The notes beneath the pieces were generated by a model. It saw only the letters and a list, made by a program, of their open reading frames with translations, did no database searches and was not told where the DNA came from. A stretch of DNA of 64,000 nucleotides from Candidatus Aminicenantes bacterium (GTDB taxonomy: Bacteria; Acidobacteriota; Aminicenantia; Aminicenantales; Saccharicenantaceae), in the NCBI GenBank assembly GCA_026393975.1, contig JAPKZD010000012.1, forward strand, positions 27,007 to 91,006, read 5' to 3'. Both the position numbers and the translations under genes were made by a program. This document shows positions 60,969 through 64,000 of this stretch, one piece after another. Positions within the stretch are counted from its first letter, which is position 1. Every line of letters begins with the position of its first letter.

Positions 60969-62423
60969 ATGAAGCCCGAGAGGAAGGCCAGGATTCTCGT
61001 CATCGACGACGAGGAGAACATCCGTAAATCCCTGAAGATGATCCTCGAGTATGAAGGATACGACTTTTTCGAGGCCGGGACCGGCGAGGATGGCCTGGAT
61101 GTTCTTCGTGAGACCGTCGGCATCGACCTCGTCCTTCTCGACATCAAGATGCCGGGGAAGAGCGGCCTCGAGGTCCTGGCCGAGCTCAAGCAGAGGCCTT
61201 TCGTCCCGGACGTCATCATGATCTCGGGACAGGGCACCATCCATGCGGCTGTCGAGGCCACCAAGCTGGGCGCTTTCGATTTCCTGGAGAAGCCGCTCCA
61301 CCGGGAGCGCGTCCTCCTGAGCATCCGCAACGCCCTCAAGCAGACGAGCCTCGCCCGCGAGTGCCAGGACCTCAAGAAGAAGGCGGAGAAACACTACGAG
61401 ATCATCGGCAACCACCCCCTCGTCCAGACGCTCTGGAAGGAGATCCTCAAGATCTCGCCGACCAACGCCACGGTCCTGATCTATGGCGAGAGCGGGACGG
61501 GAAAGGAGCTCGTCGCCCGTTCCATCCACGCCCACAGCCTGCGATCCCGGGAGACCTTCGTCCAGGTGAATTGCGCCGCCATACCGGAGGAGCTCATCGA
61601 GAGCGAGCTCTTCGGCCACGAGAAAGGGGCCTTCACCGGGGCCACGGAGAAAAAGACGGGCAAGTTCGAGCAGGCCGATGGCGGCACGATCTTCCTCGAC
61701 GAGATCGGCGACATGAGTCTCCGGACCCAGTCCAAGGTCCTCCGTGTCCTCGAGGAGGGCGAGGTCCAGAAGGTCGGCTCGAGCCGGATTTCCAAGGTCG
61801 ACGTCCGGGTCATCGCTGCGACGAACAAGGACCTCCGTAAGGAGATCCAGGAAGGGAGGTTCAGGGAAGACCTTTACTTCAGGCTCAACGTCGTCCCCCT
61901 GTACTCGCCGCCCCTGCGCGCGAGGCCGGAGGACGTCCCGCTCCTCGTCGACTATTTTTCGCGGACGTTCGCCGAGGAGAACAACTTCCGGCCGCGGAAG
62001 TTCTCGGCGGAAGCCCTCGAAGCCATGTCCCGGTACGCTTGGAAAGGCAACGTCCGCGAGCTCAAGAACATCGTCGAGCGGCTGATGATCATGACCGACA
62101 GGGACACGATCGAGAGAAGGGACCTGCCCGAACCGCTGCGGGAGAAGCCGGAGGCGGCGCTGCCCGAGGCGGCCGGGATCAAGACCCTCCGCGAATTCCG
62201 GGACATGGCCGAGCGGGATTTCCTCCTGGCCAAGCTCGAAGCAAACGGCTGGAACATCTCCCAGACGGCCCGGGAGATCGACACGCCGCGGAGCAACCTC
62301 TATAAAAAACTCGAACAATACGGTATAAAGATAACGGCCGGAGTGGGCGAGACGGTCGCCGCTCCTTCCCGCGAGGGAGGAGGGGAGGAAAGTCCGGACT
62401 CCGAAGGGCAGGATGGTCGCTAA
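60969..62423 (+). CDS. sigma-54-dependent Fis-family response regulator (REC + AAA+ sigma54-activator + Fis HTH), orphan
   Basis: REC domain with LLDIKMPG aspartate, Walker A GESGTGKE, the GAFTGA sigma54-contact motif, and C-terminal HTH ...NISQTAREIDTPRSNLYKKL. The last 29 codons run into rnpB. Confidence 0.8.
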   Translation: MKPERKARILVIDDEENIRKSLKMILEYEGYDFFEAGTGEDGLDVLRETVGIDLVLLDIKMPGKSGLEVLAELKQRPFVPDVIMISGQGTIHAAVEATKLGAFDFLEKPLHRERVLLSIRNALKQTSLARECQDLKKKAEKHYEIIGNHPLVQTLWKEILKISPTNATVLIYGESGTGKELVARSIHAHSLRSRETFVQVNCAAIPEELIESELFGHEKGAFTGATEKKTGKFEQADGGTIFLDEIGDMSLRTQSKVLRVLEEGEVQKVGSSRISKVDVRVIAATNKDLRKEIQEGRFREDLYFRLNVVPLYSPPLRARPEDVPLLVDYFSRTFAEENNFRPRKFSAEALEAMSRYAWKGNVRELKNIVERLMIMTDRDTIERRDLPEPLREKPEAALPEAAGIKTLREFRDMAERDFLLAKLEANGWNISQTAREIDTPRSNLYKKLEQYGIKITAGVGETVAAPSREGGGEESPDSEGQDGR

Positions 62424-62719
62424 CAGCGACCCCGGGCGACCGGGGGAAAGTGCCACAGAAAACACACCGCCCTCTGGGCCAGGCGCAGCCTTCCCGGGGA
62501 GCAAGGGTGAAATGGCGAGGTAAGAGCTCACCGCCCCGGCGGCGACGCCGGGGGCAAGGCAAACCCCATCCGGAGCAAGGCCAAACGAGCCCCGTTTTGG
62601 GACTGCCCGTCCCAGGGGGCGGGTCGGCCGCTCGAGCCCCGGGGCAACCCGGGGCCTAGTCAAATGACCGTCGCCCGTTTCGGCGGGAACAGGATCCGGC
62701 TTACGTCCCGCTCCGGCCG
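62335..62719 (+). ncRNA. rnpB: RNase P RNA, bacterial type A
   Basis: GGAGGAAAGTCCGGACTCCGAAGGGCAGG (CR-I/P4); GTGCCACAGAAAACACACCGCC; AAGGGTGAAATGGCGAGGTAAGAGCTCACC; CCGGAGCAAGGCCAAAC; AGTCAAATGACCGTCGCC...AACAGGATCCGGCTTACG. P1 pairing between CGGCCGGAGTGGGCG (5') and CGTCCCGCTCCGGCCG (3'). A T-rich tract follows. Confidence 0.9.
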
Positions 62720-62806
62720 TTTCTTTTTTCCGAGCGTACGGGGTCTGCCGATCTTAAGGGGGGAGCGTCCTGTCCGAGGCATCGGATTTATGCTATAAAC
62801 AGGCCG

Positions 62807-63043
62807 ATGATTCCCTACAATGCCATCGGGATCGGGATTTCTGTAATTTTCGGAGTGTGGGCTTTTCTCGTTGCCGAGACGCTCAAAGAGCGGGCCATCA
62901 TCGCCGGAATTCCCGTCGTCATTTTCCTGATCCCCATCTTCTTCCGGTCTCCAGCCGGCTGGCTGATCTCCACCATAGGCTGGGTAGTCTACGGACTCGG
63001 CTGTATTATTTACCTACGCTATAAAGGCATGCCGATCCGATGA
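62807..63043 (+). CDS. 78-aa two-TM membrane protein translationally coupled (ATGA) to the downstream MFS transporter
   Basis: MIPYNAIGIGISVIFGVWAFLVAETL... Hydrophobic. Stop overlaps the ATG at 63040. Confidence 0.45.
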   Translation: MIPYNAIGIGISVIFGVWAFLVAETLKERAIIAGIPVVIFLIPIFFRSPAGWLISTIGWVVYGLGCIIYLRYKGMPIR

Positions 63044-64000
63044 AGCGGTTCGCCTGGTGGAAGGACGCATCGCCGGACGCCCGGCGGTCGCTTGTTGCGG
63101 CCTCGTTCGGCTGGATGCTCGACTCCTTCGACATCATGCTCTACGCCATGGTCCTGGCAGCCCTCATGTCCGATATGAGCATGGCCAAGGCGACGGCCGG
63201 ACTGCTGGGCTCTCTGACGCTCATCTCTTCCGCTGTCGGCGGCCTGGTTTTCGGCGTCATCGCCGACCGCTTCGGCCGCCGCCGGGCCCTGATGGGCAGC
63301 ATCCTGATCTATTCTGTTTTTACCGCCGCCTGCGGCTTCGCCCCGAGCGTCGTAATGCTCGCCGTCTTCCGGATTTTCCTGGGCCTAGGCATGGGCGGGG
63401 AGTGGGCGAGCGGGGCGGCCCTCGTCTCAGAAACCTGGCCGGCCGAGCACCGCGGCAAGGCCCTGGGTATCGTCCAGAGCTCCTGGGCCGTCGGCTACGC
63501 GGCCGCGGCGGCGGTTGCCGCGATCGTCCTGCCCGTGTGGGGCTGGAGGGGCGTCTTTTTCGTCGGCGTCATCCCGGCATTTTTCACGCTCTGGATCCAG
63601 AAGAGGGTCCGGGAGCCGGAGATATGGAAGGCCGGCCGGGCGGCGGCGCCGAGCGTTCGGGCGGGATTCGGCGAGATCTTCGGGAAAAAGAGGCTCCGGT
63701 TGACCATCCTCGTGACCCTGATGAACGCGTGCACTATGTTCGCTTGGTGGGGCTTCAACCTCTGGCTCCCGGCTTACCTGTCGATGGCCCCCGACCAGGG
63801 AGGCATCGGCCTTAGCGCCCGGACCATGTCTGGGTTGGTCATCTTCATGCAGGCAGGGATGTGGCTCGGCTATATCACCTTCGGATTCATCAGCGACAGG
63901 CTCGGGCGGAAGCGGTCGTATGTGGGATTCCTTATAGCCGCTTCTGTATTCATGCTCCTGTACTCCCAGACACGTCAACCGCTTCTCCTCCTCATCCTGG
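63040..64000 (+). CDS. MFS transporter (partial, runs off window end)
   Basis: Not in the track (no stop in window). MKRFAWWKDASPDARRSLVAASFGWMLDSFDIMLYAMV... with the MFS signature GRRRALMGSILIY and at least 8 TM helices. Confidence 0.7.
   Translation, partial: MKRFAWWKDASPDARRSLVAASFGWMLDSFDIMLYAMVLAALMSDMSMAKATAGLLGSLTLISSAVGGLVFGVIADRFGRRRALMGSILIYSVFTAACGFAPSVVMLAVFRIFLGLGMGGEWASGAALVSETWPAEHRGKALGIVQSSWAVGYAAAAAVAAIVLPVWGWRGVFFVGVIPAFFTLWIQKRVREPEIWKAGRAAAPSVRAGFGEIFGKKRLRLTILVTLMNACTMFAWWGFNLWLPAYLSMAPDQGGIGLSARTMSGLVIFMQAGMWLGYITFGFISDRLGRKRSYVGFLIAASVFMLLYSQTRQPLLLLIL

Noticed and set aside
62424-62806. Protein-coding potential in the 380-nt gap after the response regulator (for example the 62450..62659 ORF)
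   Set aside because: The region is fully explained by RNase P RNA. The ORFs there are reading frames through a structured RNA.

Overview
A 64 kb high-GC (~65%) bacterial chromosomal window, gene-dense on both strands. About 50 genes are supportable. Most of the other track ORFs are antisense shadow ORFs typical of high-GC DNA (R/G/A/D/P-rich, no domain signatures). Content is a mix of conserved housekeeping genes (thrC, hflK-hflC, tadA, two tRNA-Ser genes flanking hom, ornithine aminotransferase, dnaX-ybaB-recR, PFOR, an M16 peptidase pair, an RNase P RNA) and a large set of secreted or periplasmic glycan- and peptide-degrading functions: a heparinase II/III-like lyase, GH29 fucosidase, GH20 hexosaminidase, GH127, a BNR/sortilin propeller protein, a CBM9-like protein, two tandem C69 dipeptidases, an AstE/AspA-like deacylase and a gamma-glutamyltransferase. 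The organism is probably an uncultivated heterotroph; the phylum cannot be told from sequence alone. No CRISPR array, integrase, transposase, restriction-modification, toxin-antitoxin or obvious phage genes are present. The candidates for something not described are: (i) a 1027-aa outer-membrane Omp85-type barrel whose periplasmic part is an HExxH metallopeptidase-like domain plus PD40 beta-propeller instead of POTRA repeats; (ii) a six-gene minus-strand peptide/N-acyl-amino-acid catabolic operon (permease, 49-aa microprotein, AstE/AspA-like enzyme, two tandem C69 dipeptidases, anchored hypothetical protein); (iii) a Gfo/Idh/MocA + secreted xylose-isomerase-TIM::DUF1080 fusion + MFS operon, i.e. 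a 3-keto-glycoside-type pathway with an unusual fusion; (iv) a PilZ-headed eight-gene glycan cluster containing a DUF2207-lipoprotein-DUF4342 module; (v) smaller RNA-level oddities: rnpB overlapping the 3' end of a sigma54 activator CDS, an RBS-sequestering perfect hairpin, and a degenerating 55-nt tandem repeat that supplies a protein C-terminus. All family calls come from motif recognition by eye. None is database-verified.
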